A stretch of 62,262 bases of DNA, filler included, from 9 parts of 9 records of this genome joined end to end with filler, not necessarily neighbours in it; one strand, 5' to 3'. Shown: positions 10,287-22,145, counted from the whole stretch's first letter. Numbers and translations are program-made. The notes: a model not told the origin generated them from the sequence alone.

Positions 10287-10621
10287 GAATATAAAATTTC
10301 AACTGTTATTACACTCTCTAAATCCGATTCTGCATTAGCATACAAAATTTCCCTAACTACATTTCCATTGCAATCCCAAAGTGTTACACCTGCTGCATCG
10401 CAATAAAAAGATGGAGTTATAATATAGAAAACTTCTTGACCATTATATAATCCTTGCGCGATAGATGAATTACATGCACAACTTAATGAATCTTTCTTTT
10501 CTTTTAACCAATCCAATTCTTCTAATGGATTTTCTAAATTGCAATCGGGAATGCTTACTTCTTTTTTAGCGCAATTTGTTAATAGTAAGCAAAAAACAAT
10601 TAAGGATACGATATGTTTCAT
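10274..10621 (-). CDS. hypothetical small lipoprotein
   Basis: Lipobox LTNC; NPLEELDWLKE, YNGQEVFY, LWDCNG. Confidence 0.65.
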   Translation of the reverse strand: MKHIVSLIVFCLLLTNCAKKEVSIPDCNLENPLEELDWLKEKKDSLSCACNSSIAQGLYNGQEVFYIITPSFYCDAAGVTLWDCNGNVVREILYANAESDLESVITVEILYSCEE

Positions 10622-10715
10622 ACTAATAGTTTTATTTAATGATGATTATATCAACCAAAAGGTTGCTATCATTATAAATTATTATGGTATGGAACAACTT
10701 TCGTATACAATCAAT

Positions 10716-11204
10716 CTAAACCTCCGCAAACAAAACCATATAATTATGTCCAAATTTCTTTGCACACTTTGGGCAGTAAGCATAATGCACATAGTAATCT
10801 TTGGCTTTTTTACCATCACCTCCCAATTTCAATTCCATTTCCTTCATGTGTTTAGGCACAGAATCGTAAGGGCCATCAAATACACCGGCAATAAAATCTC
10901 CGGAAAGTCCAACATTGTTAGCCCCTTCTACTTCTTTTGTGACGGATAAAAAAATCTCTGATTTAAATGAGGAAGGATCGTGAAACAACACCAAAGCTTC
11001 AGTTAGGTCTGTGATATTAGCATTTGCCTTGTCTGCTAAATCGCACATCTTTTTCATTTTTTTTCCAATCGCCGGCACATAAGGAATATGGAAAAATGCT
11101 GGGATTGACTCTTTTATAAACGTTTTCTTTTCCCAAGAGAAGGTTTTTTTGTCCCATTTACTTACTTCAAATTGTGGACAGCATTCTTGTTCTATGTTTT
11201 CCAT
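10716..11204 (-). CDS. conserved hypothetical protein, GyrI-like 'hydrolase' family
   Basis: ECCPQF..WD, FDGPY, YAYCPKCAKKFGHNY. Confidence 0.65.
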   Translation of the reverse strand: MENIEQECCPQFEVSKWDKKTFSWEKKTFIKESIPAFFHIPYVPAIGKKMKKMCDLADKANANITDLTEALVLFHDPSSFKSEIFLSVTKEVEGANNVGLSGDFIAGVFDGPYDSVPKHMKEMELKLGGDGKKAKDYYVHYAYCPKCAKKFGHNYMVLFAEV

Positions 11205-11233
11205 TTTTCTGTAGTTTTTGTTTATTAATTTTT

Positions 11234-11333
11234 NNNNNNNNNNNNNNNNNNNNNNNNNNNNNNNNNNNNNNNNNNNNTTAATTAATTAANNNNNNNNNNN
11301 NNNNNNNNNNNNNNNNNNNNNNNNNNNNNNNNN
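11234..11333. other. artificial contig spacer
   Basis: N-run with TTAATTAATTAA. Confidence 0.98.
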
Positions 11334-11583
11334 AAAAAATCCATTTTTTCTTGATTTCACTTACATTTTATATTTTCTATGTGATATTTTTTGAAACCAG
11401 TTTCTTTAATAGAATAATTATAAATTTTCCTTTGATTTTTTTAAAACTACAGCATTCAATTAAAATATCAAACAATATATCTTATGAATAAAACGCAGTA
11501 AAATAAGCTAAATAAAAGAAAATGTTTACTAAAAATACGAGAAGAAAGATTAAAAAAATAAAAATATTTATTGGATATTATTG

Positions 11584-11640
11584 TTGACAAATCAAACAAA
11601 ATGTTGTAAATTAGTATTAGAATATGTAACTGATTACATA
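11584..11640 (+). promoter_or_regulatory. sigma70 promoter with LacI-type operator
   Basis: TTGACA (11584-11589), 17 bp, TAAATT; near-palindrome TATGTAACTGATTACATA (11623-11640) resembles LacI-family TGTAANCGNTTACA sites. Confidence 0.65.
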
Positions 11641-11656
11641 AAATAAGTTATGAGAA

Positions 11657-12676
11657 ATGAGGAAGGCTATGAATATCAAACAAGTTGCAGAGATTTGCAA
11701 CGTTTCAGTGGCAACAGTTTCTCGAGTTATTAATAAAAAGGGAAATGTAAAAGATGAAACAAAAGAAAAAATATTAAAAGTTATCACAGACCTTGATTAT
11801 GTGCCAAATGCACATGCTAGGAACTTATCAAGAAATGATAGTGATATCATTGGAGTAATTATCCCTGATGTAGAAAACGCTTTCTATCTTCAACTGATAA
11901 AAGGTTTCATGAGTGCCGCAACAGAGAAAAAGCTAAATGTTGTATTTTATAGTACAGATGGAATAATGGAAAATGAAATTAAATTTTTAAAACTACTAAG
12001 AGAACAAAGAATTAAGGGAGCAGTTTTGATTAGCTGTATTAGAAGAAGGCAGGAGGAGTTACTAAAGAACAATTTAAAAACTCTTGGCGTTCCACTAATA
12101 CTTCTCAATAAATTTATAAAGACAATTCCATTTGACGGGGTTTTTACTGATGATGTTATGGCAGGCTACCTTTTAACTGAGACTTTAATCAAAGAAGAAC
12201 ATGAAGAAATTGTCTTAGTAACTGGGGCAGCAGACTCAATAGTGGCAGAAAATAGACGAATTGGATACAAAAAAGCTCTTGAAGATTATGAACTTACCTA
12301 TAAAAGCTCCAATGTTATATATGCTGATTTTAACAGTCCAGAAGAAAGTTACATAGCGATGCAGGACTTATTTAGAACTAAAAATCCAAAAGCGATTATT
12401 GCGGGAAATAATAATATAACTATGGCAGCAATGAAGCATCTTAGAAATAAAGATTTAAAAGTTGGTCAGGATACTGCTCTTGTTGCATTTGACAATATAT
12501 CTGCATTAGAGTGGCTTGGGATTAATTTAACTGTAGTTAGTCAGAATCCATATGATATGGGGCAGGAAGCATTTCATATGCTTCTAGAGAGAATTGAAAA
12601 ACCTGAGATGCCAGTTAATAGAGTACATGTTGTACCACAAGTTATATTAAAAGGGTCGGAAAAAACAAATAAATAA
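11657..12676 (+). CDS. LacI-family transcriptional regulator
   Basis: IKQVAEICNVSVATVSRVIN HTH, YVPNAHARNL hinge, periplasmic-binding-type domain. Confidence 0.93.
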   Translation: MRKAMNIKQVAEICNVSVATVSRVINKKGNVKDETKEKILKVITDLDYVPNAHARNLSRNDSDIIGVIIPDVENAFYLQLIKGFMSAATEKKLNVVFYSTDGIMENEIKFLKLLREQRIKGAVLISCIRRRQEELLKNNLKTLGVPLILLNKFIKTIPFDGVFTDDVMAGYLLTETLIKEEHEEIVLVTGAADSIVAENRRIGYKKALEDYELTYKSSNVIYADFNSPEESYIAMQDLFRTKNPKAIIAGNNNITMAAMKHLRNKDLKVGQDTALVAFDNISALEWLGINLTVVSQNPYDMGQEAFHMLLERIEKPEMPVNRVHVVPQVILKGSEKTNK

Positions 12677-12720
12677 TATCATTTTGAGTTTGATAATTAT
12701 TAAACATATATGAGGAGGAA

Positions 12721-13347
12721 ATGAAAGCAATGGAGTTTAATTTGGTAGATTGGTTAGGTTATGCAGCTTCAATTACAATTTTGATATCTCTTACAATGAG
12801 TTCAATACTGAAGCTTAGGTGGTTTAATCTTACTGGAAGTATTTTCTTTGCAACATATGGTTTTATGATTGGTTCTTTACCAACTGGTTTAAGTAATGTG
12901 GGAATAGCATTTATTAATATTTATTATATGTACAAGATTTATACGACTAAAGAGAGCTTTAAACTTATTAAAGCTGAAACAGATTCAACTTACTTCAAAC
13001 ATCTTTATGATGTGAATAAAGATGAAATAAAGGCGTTTATGCCGAAAAAAGATTTAAATAACTCTACTGAAGTATTCTATATGTTGAGAGATAACAATAC
13101 TGCCGGAATTTTAGCAGGAAGAAAAGAAGATAACAATGAGACTTTTTTTATTGATATCGATTACGCAACTCCAAAGTATAGAGATTTTAAATTAGGTGAT
13201 CATTTCTTTAATAAAAACACCTCTATCTTAAAAGAAATGGGATATAAAAATCTAAAAACAGTTAGTGCAAATCCTCATCATACAAGATATCTTTTAAAGA
13301 TGGGATTTGACAGAAATATTGACGGTGTTTATATAAAGGCTATTTAA
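12721..13347 (+). CDS. YgjV-like membrane protein with C-terminal GNAT-like region
   Basis: LGYAAS...LRWFNLTGS TM region; IDYATPKYRDFKLG and YLLKMGF. Confidence 0.65.
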   Translation: MKAMEFNLVDWLGYAASITILISLTMSSILKLRWFNLTGSIFFATYGFMIGSLPTGLSNVGIAFINIYYMYKIYTTKESFKLIKAETDSTYFKHLYDVNKDEIKAFMPKKDLNNSTEVFYMLRDNNTAGILAGRKEDNNETFFIDIDYATPKYRDFKLGDHFFNKNTSILKEMGYKNLKTVSANPHHTRYLLKMGFDRNIDGVYIKAI

Positions 13348-13559
13348 TTTATATTGATCACTAGATAAACAGTAGATACATTTAAATAGTAAGAATCAAA
13401 ATATGATATTAAAAAAATTAAGCTTTTGCTAACAATAAAATAAAAGTTATGAATGTAAATTGAAATAAATCTGTAGTGTGATAACAAAAATCGAAGTTGA
13501 ATCGTCTTCAAATTTTGTTATCAAAACTTTTTTTAACAATTTACAAAAGGAGGCAGTAA

Positions 13560-14372
13560 ATGTACGATAGAGTAAAAGAAACAGTAGAGTTTTTAAACAA
13601 CAAAGTAGCAATGAGACCTAAGACAGCTGTAATATTAGGTTCTGGTTTGGGAGATTTAGTTGACTTTATAGATGATAAAGTTGAGATTGCATATGAGGAT
13701 ATTCCTAACTTCCCACTATCAACGGTTGCTGGACATGCAGGGAAGCTTGTATTTGGTAAAGTTAACGGTGTAGAGGTACTTGCGATGAAAGGGAGATTTC
13801 ATTTCTATGAAGGATATGATATGAAAACAGTTACATATCCAGTATTTGCTATGAAACAATTTGGAATTGAAAACATCATCGTAAGTAATGCAGCTGGTGG
13901 AATCAACAAAAGCTTTGAACCTGGAACTTTAATGTTAATAACTGATTTTATTAATATGTTTGGAACAAATCCACTAATAGGTCATAACGATGAGAGATTT
14001 GGAGTTAGATTTCCTGATATGTCCGAAGCATACAGCTTAGAACTTAGAGAGATCGCTAAGCAGTCAGCAAAAGAATTAGGAATTGAACACAGAGAGGGAG
14101 TTTATTTAGGATGTACAGGTCCTTATTATGAAACCGCAGCAGAAATTAGAATGATGAGCGGGATGGGTGCTGATGCAGTTGGTATGTCGACTGTGCCGGA
14201 AACTATTGTTGCCAACTATTTAGGAATAAAAGTATTGGGAATTTCATGTATTACAAATATGGCTACTGGTATCTCTGAAACCAAGCATTCACATGAAGCT
14301 GTTGTTGATATTGCAGTTAAAACTGGGAAAAAATTCTGTAATTGGGTTATAAATATTATTGAAAAATTATAG
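13560..14372 (+). CDS. punA: purine nucleoside phosphorylase (trimeric type)
   Basis: ILGSGLG, GHAG, GRFHFYEG, NAAGG, GPYYET.AE, AVGMSTVPE, ITNMA. Confidence 0.93.
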   Translation: MYDRVKETVEFLNNKVAMRPKTAVILGSGLGDLVDFIDDKVEIAYEDIPNFPLSTVAGHAGKLVFGKVNGVEVLAMKGRFHFYEGYDMKTVTYPVFAMKQFGIENIIVSNAAGGINKSFEPGTLMLITDFINMFGTNPLIGHNDERFGVRFPDMSEAYSLELREIAKQSAKELGIEHREGVYLGCTGPYYETAAEIRMMSGMGADAVGMSTVPETIVANYLGIKVLGISCITNMATGISETKHSHEAVVDIAVKTGKKFCNWVINIIEKL

Positions 14373-14521
14373 GTATTCATGTATAATATAAATATTTTGT
14401 GTTGGAAAAAGTTTTCTATATCACAATTTTATAGAGTTGCCATTTAATGGTAAATTAGAAATATTTTAAATCACTCTGTAAAACTTAATTAATAAAAAGA
14501 ATTTAATTTAGGAGGACATCT

Positions 14522-16051
14522 GTGAGTAATTATATTTTAGAGATGAAAAATATAAGGAAAACATTCTTGGGTGGAAGAGTTGTTGCAAATGATGACGTAT
14601 CCCTAAGAATAAAAAAAGGTGAGAAACATGCAATCGTTGGAGAAAACGGTGCAGGTAAATCTACACTTATGAAAATATTAAATGGTTTATATCAACCAAC
14701 TTCAGGTCAAATATTATTCCGTGGTCAAGAGGAAAAAATAGAAGGTCCTGGTGAAGCGTCAAGATTAGGTATTGGAATGGTTTACCAACATTTTATGTTA
14801 GTACCGACTCTAACTGTTGCCGAGAATATGATACTTGGTGTTGAAACAAAAAAAGGAATTCAACTTGATTTGGCAACTGCAAGAGAAGAAGTAAAAAAAG
14901 TATCTGAGAAATATGGATTAGCAATTGATCCAAATGCTAAAATTAGTGATTTATCTGTAGGAATGCAACAAAGAGTTGAGATTCTTAAGATACTATTTAA
15001 AGGTGCAAATCTTTTAATATTTGATGAACCAACTGCTGTTCTTATCCCGCAAGAGGTTAAAGAGCTTTATAAAATAATGGATAACTTAATAGCAGAAGGA
15101 AAAACTATTATATTTATAACGCATAAATTACAAGAAGTACTAGATATAGGAGATAACATTACAGTTATCAGAAAAGGTAAGGATGTAGGAACAATTTCTG
15201 TTGAAGATGCAACAAAAGAAAAAATTGCTAATATGATGGTAGGAAGAGCTGTTTTATTTGAAGTTGAAAAACCAGAGGTAGAACTTGGTAGCGATCTTCT
15301 GACAGTTACAAATATTACAGCTAGAAATGATAAGGGACTTCCTGTATTAGACGATGTTTCTTTCACTATAAAAGAAGGAGAAGTTGTCGGAATTGCAGGA
15401 GTAGAAGGAAATGGTCAATCAGAACTAATAGATGTTCTAACTGGATTAACTAAAATTGAAAAAGGAACTATTGTTTTAGGTGGAGATGCTCTTGCGAATA
15501 TTACACCTAGAGAAGCAACTCTTTACGGTGTCGCACATATTCCCGAAGATAGATTTAAGAGAGCTGCTGTAAAAGAGTTTACTCTTGAAGAAAACTTAGC
15601 ATTTGGTCAACACCAAGATGTTTATGCTTCAAAGAATAAATTCCTTCTAGATTTCAAAAAAATCACAGCAAAAGCAATTGATTATTTAGAAAAATATGAC
15701 ATAAGACCTAGAGAGCCAAAAATTGGTTTTGGTAGAATGTCTGGTGGTAACCAACAAAAAGTTATCGTAGCTAGAGAATTAGAAAAAGAACATAGATTCA
15801 TTATTGCCGCCCAGCCAACTAGGGGGGTAGATATTGGAGCTATCGAATCAATTCATAGAATGATATTAGCTGAAAAAGAGCATAAAAAGGCAATTATGGT
15901 AGTTTCATCGGAGCTGTCTGAAATACTAAATCTAAGTGATAGAATAGTTGTAATGTTCCATGGTCAAGTGATGGGAATACTAGATAGAAAAGATGCAACA
16001 GAAGAAAAACTTGGGATTTTAATGGCAGGAGGTAAGCTAGATGAAAAATAA
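14522..16051 (+). CDS. nucleoside/sugar (CUT2) ABC transporter ATP-binding protein
   Basis: GENGAGKST, LSVGMQQRVEI, DEPT, SGGNQQK, QPTRGVD; two ABC domains. Confidence 0.92.
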   Translation: MSNYILEMKNIRKTFLGGRVVANDDVSLRIKKGEKHAIVGENGAGKSTLMKILNGLYQPTSGQILFRGQEEKIEGPGEASRLGIGMVYQHFMLVPTLTVAENMILGVETKKGIQLDLATAREEVKKVSEKYGLAIDPNAKISDLSVGMQQRVEILKILFKGANLLIFDEPTAVLIPQEVKELYKIMDNLIAEGKTIIFITHKLQEVLDIGDNITVIRKGKDVGTISVEDATKEKIANMMVGRAVLFEVEKPEVELGSDLLTVTNITARNDKGLPVLDDVSFTIKEGEVVGIAGVEGNGQSELIDVLTGLTKIEKGTIVLGGDALANITPREATLYGVAHIPEDRFKRAAVKEFTLEENLAFGQHQDVYASKNKFLLDFKKITAKAIDYLEKYDIRPREPKIGFGRMSGGNQQKVIVARELEKEHRFIIAAQPTRGVDIGAIESIHRMILAEKEHKKAIMVVSSELSEILNLSDRIVVMFHGQVMGILDRKDATEEKLGILMAGGKLDEK

Positions 16052-17114
16052 GTTAAAAGAGTTATCAATCCCTACTCTATCAGTTTTCATTGCTTTGATT
16101 ATTGGTGCAATGATTATATCATACTTAGGTGAAAGTCCTTTAGATGCATATGGGTATCTTTTTAAAGGAGCACTAGGTTCTCAGAGAGGTATTGCTAGAA
16201 CGTTATTAGAAGCAACACCTATGATTTTTGCAGGTTTATCAATTATGTTTGCATATAAAGCTGGTATGTTTAATATCGGAGCGCAGGGACAAGTTCTTGT
16301 TGGTGGTTTAGCTGCGGTTGCAGTTGGAGCATTTGTAAAAAACACTTTAGTTAATAATGTATTTGTATTAATTATACTCGCTGGACTTGCCGGATTTTTA
16401 TGGGCTGGTTTTGCTGGATACCTGAAAGCTAAACTTGGTGTACATGAAGTTATCACAACAATAATGTTAAATTATATAGCTTCAAACCTTGAGCAATGGT
16501 GTCTAAACTATCCATTAAAAGCTGGAGGAATAAACGGACCAACTCCGCAAACCCCACCTGTTATGGAACTGTCTAGATTACCTTTATTAATGCCAGGTAC
16601 AAAGGTACCATTAAATGCAGGTTTTTTCTTAGCAATAATTGCTGCAATTGTGGTTTGGTATATATTTAAAAAGACTGTATTAGGTTATGAGATAAAAGCA
16701 GTTGGACATAATCCTACAGCTGCGGAAAACGCTGGGATTAATGTTAAGAAAACAATTATTATAACAATAGGAATAGCTGGATTACTTGCTGGACTAGCTG
16801 GAGCAGAAAGAGTTCTTGGTGGTATAGGTCAATATACTTATAGACAGGGACTTATGGCGTCATACGGATTTGATGGAATAGCTGTTGCACTACTTGGAAA
16901 AACTACAGCAGTTGGTTCTGTTATATCAGCCTTACTGTTTGCTATATTAAGGGTTGGAGGAAGAGCTATGCAGTTTAACACTTCTATCCCTTCACAAATA
17001 ATAATCATTATTCAGGCAGTTATTATCTTATTAATAGCATCTGAAAATATGTTAAAAGATTGGTTAATGAAACTTAAATTCAAGAAAAAAGATAAAAAAG
17101 GAGCTGATGCATAA
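16041..17114 (+). CDS. nucleoside ABC transporter permease
   Basis: FNIGAQGQ, HEVITTIMLNY, GFDGIAVALLG. Confidence 0.9.
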   Translation: MKNKLKELSIPTLSVFIALIIGAMIISYLGESPLDAYGYLFKGALGSQRGIARTLLEATPMIFAGLSIMFAYKAGMFNIGAQGQVLVGGLAAVAVGAFVKNTLVNNVFVLIILAGLAGFLWAGFAGYLKAKLGVHEVITTIMLNYIASNLEQWCLNYPLKAGGINGPTPQTPPVMELSRLPLLMPGTKVPLNAGFFLAIIAAIVVWYIFKKTVLGYEIKAVGHNPTAAENAGINVKKTIIITIGIAGLLAGLAGAERVLGGIGQYTYRQGLMASYGFDGIAVALLGKTTAVGSVISALLFAILRVGGRAMQFNTSIPSQIIIIIQAVIILLIASENMLKDWLMKLKFKKKDKKGADA

Positions 17115-17194
17115 TGGGTATACTTATTAGCTTATTATTAGCAACGATAAGACAAGCGGCTCCTATATTAATAACAGCAATTGGAGGATGTTTT
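17114..17194 (+). CDS. second ABC permease, N-terminal fragment (truncated)
   Basis: TAATG overlap; MGILISLLLATIRQAAPILITAIGG. Confidence 0.75.
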
Positions 17195-17293
17195 NNNNNN
17201 NNNNNNNNNNNNNNNNNNNNNNNNNNNNNNNNNNNNNNTTAATTAATTAANNNNNNNNNNNNNNNNNNNNNNNNNNNNNNNNNNNNNNNNNNN
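17195..17293. other. artificial contig spacer
   Basis: N-run with TTAATTAATTAA. Confidence 0.98.
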
Positions 17294-18855
17294 NGCCCAG
17301 GACAACCTCGCGGTGGGCATTCCGTGTCTTTTTTGCCCCATGTTGCACAGTTTTGCCAGCAACAATCTGTATCGTTTTTGGCGTCACCACAGTCTCTTGT
17401 ATGGCAGCCGAAAGGTTTAATCAGATGCAAATCATGATCGTTGTTCGGTGTAGACCAATTAAGTTGAATATGGATTGTTTCATCCGGTTTTACTGTAATT
17501 TCAACGATATCCGAGGAAACTCCAGTGCATCCATCATCTGAATCCTTTACTTGTAATTCTACTGTATATGTTCCGGCTGCAACTGCAAAAAATGTTGGAG
17601 TAGGGTAGTCACCATAAACGTCCTGTATTTTTTCATTTCCAACCATCAAGACAGCTCTGTCGGAATGTTCCGGCTTTGCTAAAAACTTCCACTTGTAACC
17701 TAGTATGACGCCATTATCATCGTGAGACTTGGTTCCATCAAGCATTACGTATGTAAGAGGTGATGCGGTCTGATCTTCACCGGCATCAGCAACTGCGCAT
17801 ATTTTCGATTCACCGATTTCAAGACTTACCGAAGTTCTTTGTTCATCTCCATCAATATCCCAAATTACCGTAAGTGTATCGTTAACCGGTGTTGCTCCCA
17901 TTGTCATTGCAACTGTGGCCACAATTCCGTCACCAGGTTTTAGTGGCCAAATCTTTTTGCTATCATCGGTATCGCCGATATAAACCACTTTTTCGACAAC
18001 GTAAGGAGAAGTATCTCCTAAACCAATTGCAAATGGTCTGATAGTTGTATTAGCAGTACCCACATTCTTGATAATCAGGTCTTTCCTGATAGTGTTTCCT
18101 TCAGGAGCTTTCGCAAATTGCATGACCCTTGGTTCGATACTAAGAACCGGTTCCTGTTTTGCAGAAGAAGATAATGCCACTTTAATATTCGGAGCTGCCG
18201 GATCATTTGAGATGACAACGATATCTCCCTTGTCAGCTTGTTGATTTACAGGCAAGTAAAGAGCATAAACAATAGTTGCTCTACCCGGAGGAAGAGTTAT
18301 CGGTAAATCGGCATTATCGAGATGGAATTCCGGACTGCTACCAGGGTTTAACTGAATTAATTCGATTTTAAGATCGACACCTGATTCATTGCAAAGAGTC
18401 AACTCTTTTTCAAGTGAAGAACCGGTAGGAACAGAACCAAACTCCAAAGCGGTTTCACTTGCTTTTATGCGAGGTTCAGTCAAGGAGGAATTAAAATCGC
18501 ATTTTTTCAATTCAAAACTATGATCCATTTCCGGTTCGGCAATTTCGATTTCCGGCACGTCTTTTTCAACGATTGAATCGCCATCGACAGCAACGTCCTG
18601 ATCGAGATCATCGCCATCAGTTGGAATTGTTGTGGAATCTCCATCACTTGGAGTAGTTGATCCATCACCGTCCGGTTGTGGATAAGTTGTACCATCACCA
18701 TCCGGTTGGTTGATATTATCCGTTGAATCGCCATCGGTTTTTGTGTCATCTTCACCAGAACCATCGGAACTGCATGAGAATGCAATGACAGATATTGTTA
18801 AAAACATCATAATGAACAAGAAGGATAAACTGGTTTTCTTCATCTCAAACTCCAC
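17294..18855 (-). CDS. large surface lipoprotein: DGD-rich linker, two Ig-like (ASH/choice-of-anchor-D-like) domains, PKD-like domain; 3' truncated
   Basis: Lipobox AFSC; repeated DGD; LEFGSV...LTLCN, ISNDP; ADAGEDQ...LDGTKSHD, GTYTVELQVKD; LNWS...DHDLHL. Confidence 0.7.
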
Positions 18856-19025
18856 ACTATATTATTTTGTTTTTCTCGTGGCGAGAAACTGTATGCAAAC
18901 ATCAGGTACAATCGAGAATATATGTAGTTTAAGTTACTGTCAAGATAGTTAGCTGTTTTTCTCGATAATTGCACATATTAGCATTGATAAGTTATTGTTT
19001 TTACGAGTAAATCTCGAAATATCAT

Positions 19026-20319
19026 CTATTTTTTGGGCACAAACGTAATGGTTAAAAAATAAAGTTGCGTTCCTCTTTCACTAATCTGGGCATTGATCCA
19101 TGAAATATCCGGATCATCAAGAGGCGATGTATAATTTGACATCAAGTAGCTGTGAGTTCCGGTTCTTTTGATGGATGGAAATGATGTATCACCGCAACCG
19201 GGAAGATCCATAATATGTGTAACTTTTCGATTTTGTTGATCTATTTTATATAAAGCAGTTCGTTTTGGGCGAGTTGAGTAATCTGCCAGATACTTTGTTT
19301 TTTTTGTACTCATTGGCAAATCATCCAATCCCTGATCGAATGGGCCGCCGATATCTCTTCGACCAATCAGGAAAATATCTTTTCCATGTCTGAATAATTC
19401 CGGGGAGTCATATCTTTCAGGATCGGATTTTTCCGGACATTCCCATGTGGCTAGAGATTCTTTTTGCGAAACAGACATGCGCTCCGAAGCCTGTTTTATC
19501 GCCATCTTCATTTCTAGTTACAATCCACATGTTTCCATCGAGATCAAACTCGAAAGCGGTTTCCGAAACTCCGCCTTTATAGACGAATGGAACGTCATCC
19601 ACTTTTGTGAAGTTTTTTCCATCTGTTGATTGCTTGAAATAAACCTCGACAGCACTTTCTCCTGATTCGTAGTGATTGCCTTTATACGAAGTCAAGTATG
19701 CGATATTATTACGAACTTTCAAATCCCAAGGGACTTCTGGTTCATCGACCATAATTTCCGGATCTGTCCATTTGCCTTTTGAAATTCTTTCGAGTCGCCA
19801 CATGCGAATTGGTTCAAAGGCAAGCATGTTTGTTCCGGCTTCAAAGAAAATCAGTTGAAGTTTACCATTAAAAGATAAAAATCTGGGTTCTCGCAAATCC
19901 GTGTTTAAAAGCACTTTTCCTTCAAACTCCCAGTTTTTTCCTTCATCTATGGATGATACAATCTGCATAACCGAATCTGCTGATGCAAAATGATAAGGAG
20001 CGGCGCGCCATGCCATAAAAAGTCGATTTTCATGGAAAAGGATATCGACATTGGCATTTGATACAGCGGCAGGGGCTTCTTTGGGAAGTCCATTGGATGG
20101 AACCACCCATCTTGGTTCGGATATTTTTATTTCATATTCAACAGATGTGTCTACTTTGTAATCATTCGGATCATCAGAATAACTCTTCGTTGTTTCTTCA
20201 TTGTCCGAATTTTCCGTTTCAGAATCTCCATCAGCTTGAAAGTTGCTGTCATTATTATCCGAGCAGCAATTCAAAAATAGAATCAGAAACAGTAAAAAAT
20301 ATGTGAGCTTCATCGTCAA
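19026..20319 (-). CDS. secreted lipoprotein, possible beta-propeller/sialidase-like; one gene split by a frameshift near 19450-19470
   Basis: Overlapping ORFs 19417-20319 and 19026-19511; Asp-box-like SIDEGKNW and STDGKNF; DLREPRF, GDTSFP. Confidence 0.6.
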
Positions 20320-20588
20320 AGAATCTCCTGATTTGCTGGTTATTTGCTGGTCTTTTTATGTCACTTTTTTGGTCAATCAGTGGTATAAATCAATGTCATT
20401 ATAGTTACACAATAAGTATATCATAGTGCTTTTTTTGCAAATAAAACTCTTGTTTTTTTGAATTATAATGTAAAATAGCGTTTAGAAAGTTTGGAGTTGA
20501 ATATATCAATATCTTTAAAATTAGTCAATATTTTCGAGTACTTATGGCGTTTATAACAGAGAAGTATTGAAAGTAGAGTAACAAAAAT

Positions 20589-22135
20589 ATGGCTGTAGTT
20601 CTTGTTGTGGATGATGAAAGAGGAATCCGCATTACCCTGAAAGAGTTCCTGAAGAACGAAGGACACGACGTTTTTACCGCCGGTGAACATTCGGAAGCTC
20701 TGGAAATTTTGCAAAATCAGCCAATCGATGTTGTTGTAACCGATATTGTTTTACCCAAAAGCAGTGGCTTGCAAGTTGTTGAATCTGCTGCTTCAATAAA
20801 TCCTGCCATTAAAACAATAATAATTACAGGCGAACCGACAGTCGATACTGCGATAAAAGCAATTAAGATGGGTGCTTTCGATTATTTGGCAAAGCCGATT
20901 TGTGGAGATGAAATATGTCAGATTGTCGATAAAGCTTTTAAAGAAAAAGAAAAGCTCGATATTACCGAAAAATTGTGGTCGGAAGTCGAAAAATCCAAGA
21001 ATAATCAAGAAGTTACGAGCGAAAAGTTCGAGTTCGATCAAGAAGATGTTACCAATTACAAAGTTCTTGCCGATAGCAGTTCGGACGCAATAACTATCAT
21101 CGATAGTAATGGCAGCTTTTTGTATATGAATGCTTTTGCTGCGAAAAGGCTTGAAATAGATCCTCATAATTATCATGGACTTACGCTCTGGGATATTCAA
21201 CCCAAGAAAATGGCCGACGCTCAAATTGGTCGGGTTCGACAAGCTTTGGCAAAAGGCCAAGGTTACATTCTTGAGAGCCTGACTCGATTTTGGGAAAGCC
21301 AAGGTGGTACAGAACTTCTGTTCAGCCAATTTTTGATAGCGATGGAGTTTGCCGAAAAGCGATATTTGTCGCTGTTGATATACATGAGAAAAAGCAAATT
21401 GAAGAAGCTCTTGAAGAGAGCGAAAAAATGTATCGCGCGGTGGTTGAAAATGTTGGAGAAGGAATTGCCATCGTCGATGACGAAGAAAAATTCACTTTTG
21501 CAAATCCTGCCGCCGAAAGAATGTTTGGACAAAGCAGCCGAAATCTTGTTGGCAGGAGCATGGGGGAATTTATCTCCGAGGATCAATTTGAGCTTCTGAA
21601 AGAACAAACGATTTTAAGGCGACAAGGTCAATCTGGCAATTATGATCTTGCGATAACTTCTCATACGCTTAAAAGTCGAAATTTGGAAATTACCGCGACT
21701 CCATTATTCGATTCTGAAGGTTGGTTCCAGGGAACTTTGGGAATTTTTCGAGATGTGACGGATGCAAAAATAGCTGAGCAAGAATTGATAGCAAGTGAAG
21801 AAAAGTATAGAAATCTCATAGAGTTATCAGTTGATGGAATATTGATTGTGCAGGATCAAAAGATTATTTTTGCCAATAATCAACTTGCTGAAATGCTTGG
21901 CAGTGAAGTTAAAGACATTGTAGGTTCTGAATTTAAAAAGTTCATTGCTTCTGAAGAATATGACAACATAGTCAAATTGCATATAAGGCATATTTCGGGA
22001 GAACGAGATTTGGGAATTATACCAACTAAATTAGTCGGAAAAGATGGTTGTGAAGTTAATGTCGAAATAAACGGAACGATGATCGACTACGACGGCAAAC
22101 CGGGTCAAATGCTTTTGGTACGAAAAGTAGATTAA
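20589..22135 (+). CDS. response regulator with REC + three PAS domains; split by a frameshift near 21285
   Basis: VLVVDDE, VVTDIVLP, GAFDYLAKP; PAS blocks; the second ORF continues GKPRWYRTS...GIFRDVT. Confidence 0.8.
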
Positions 22136-22145
22136 AAACAAAGAC

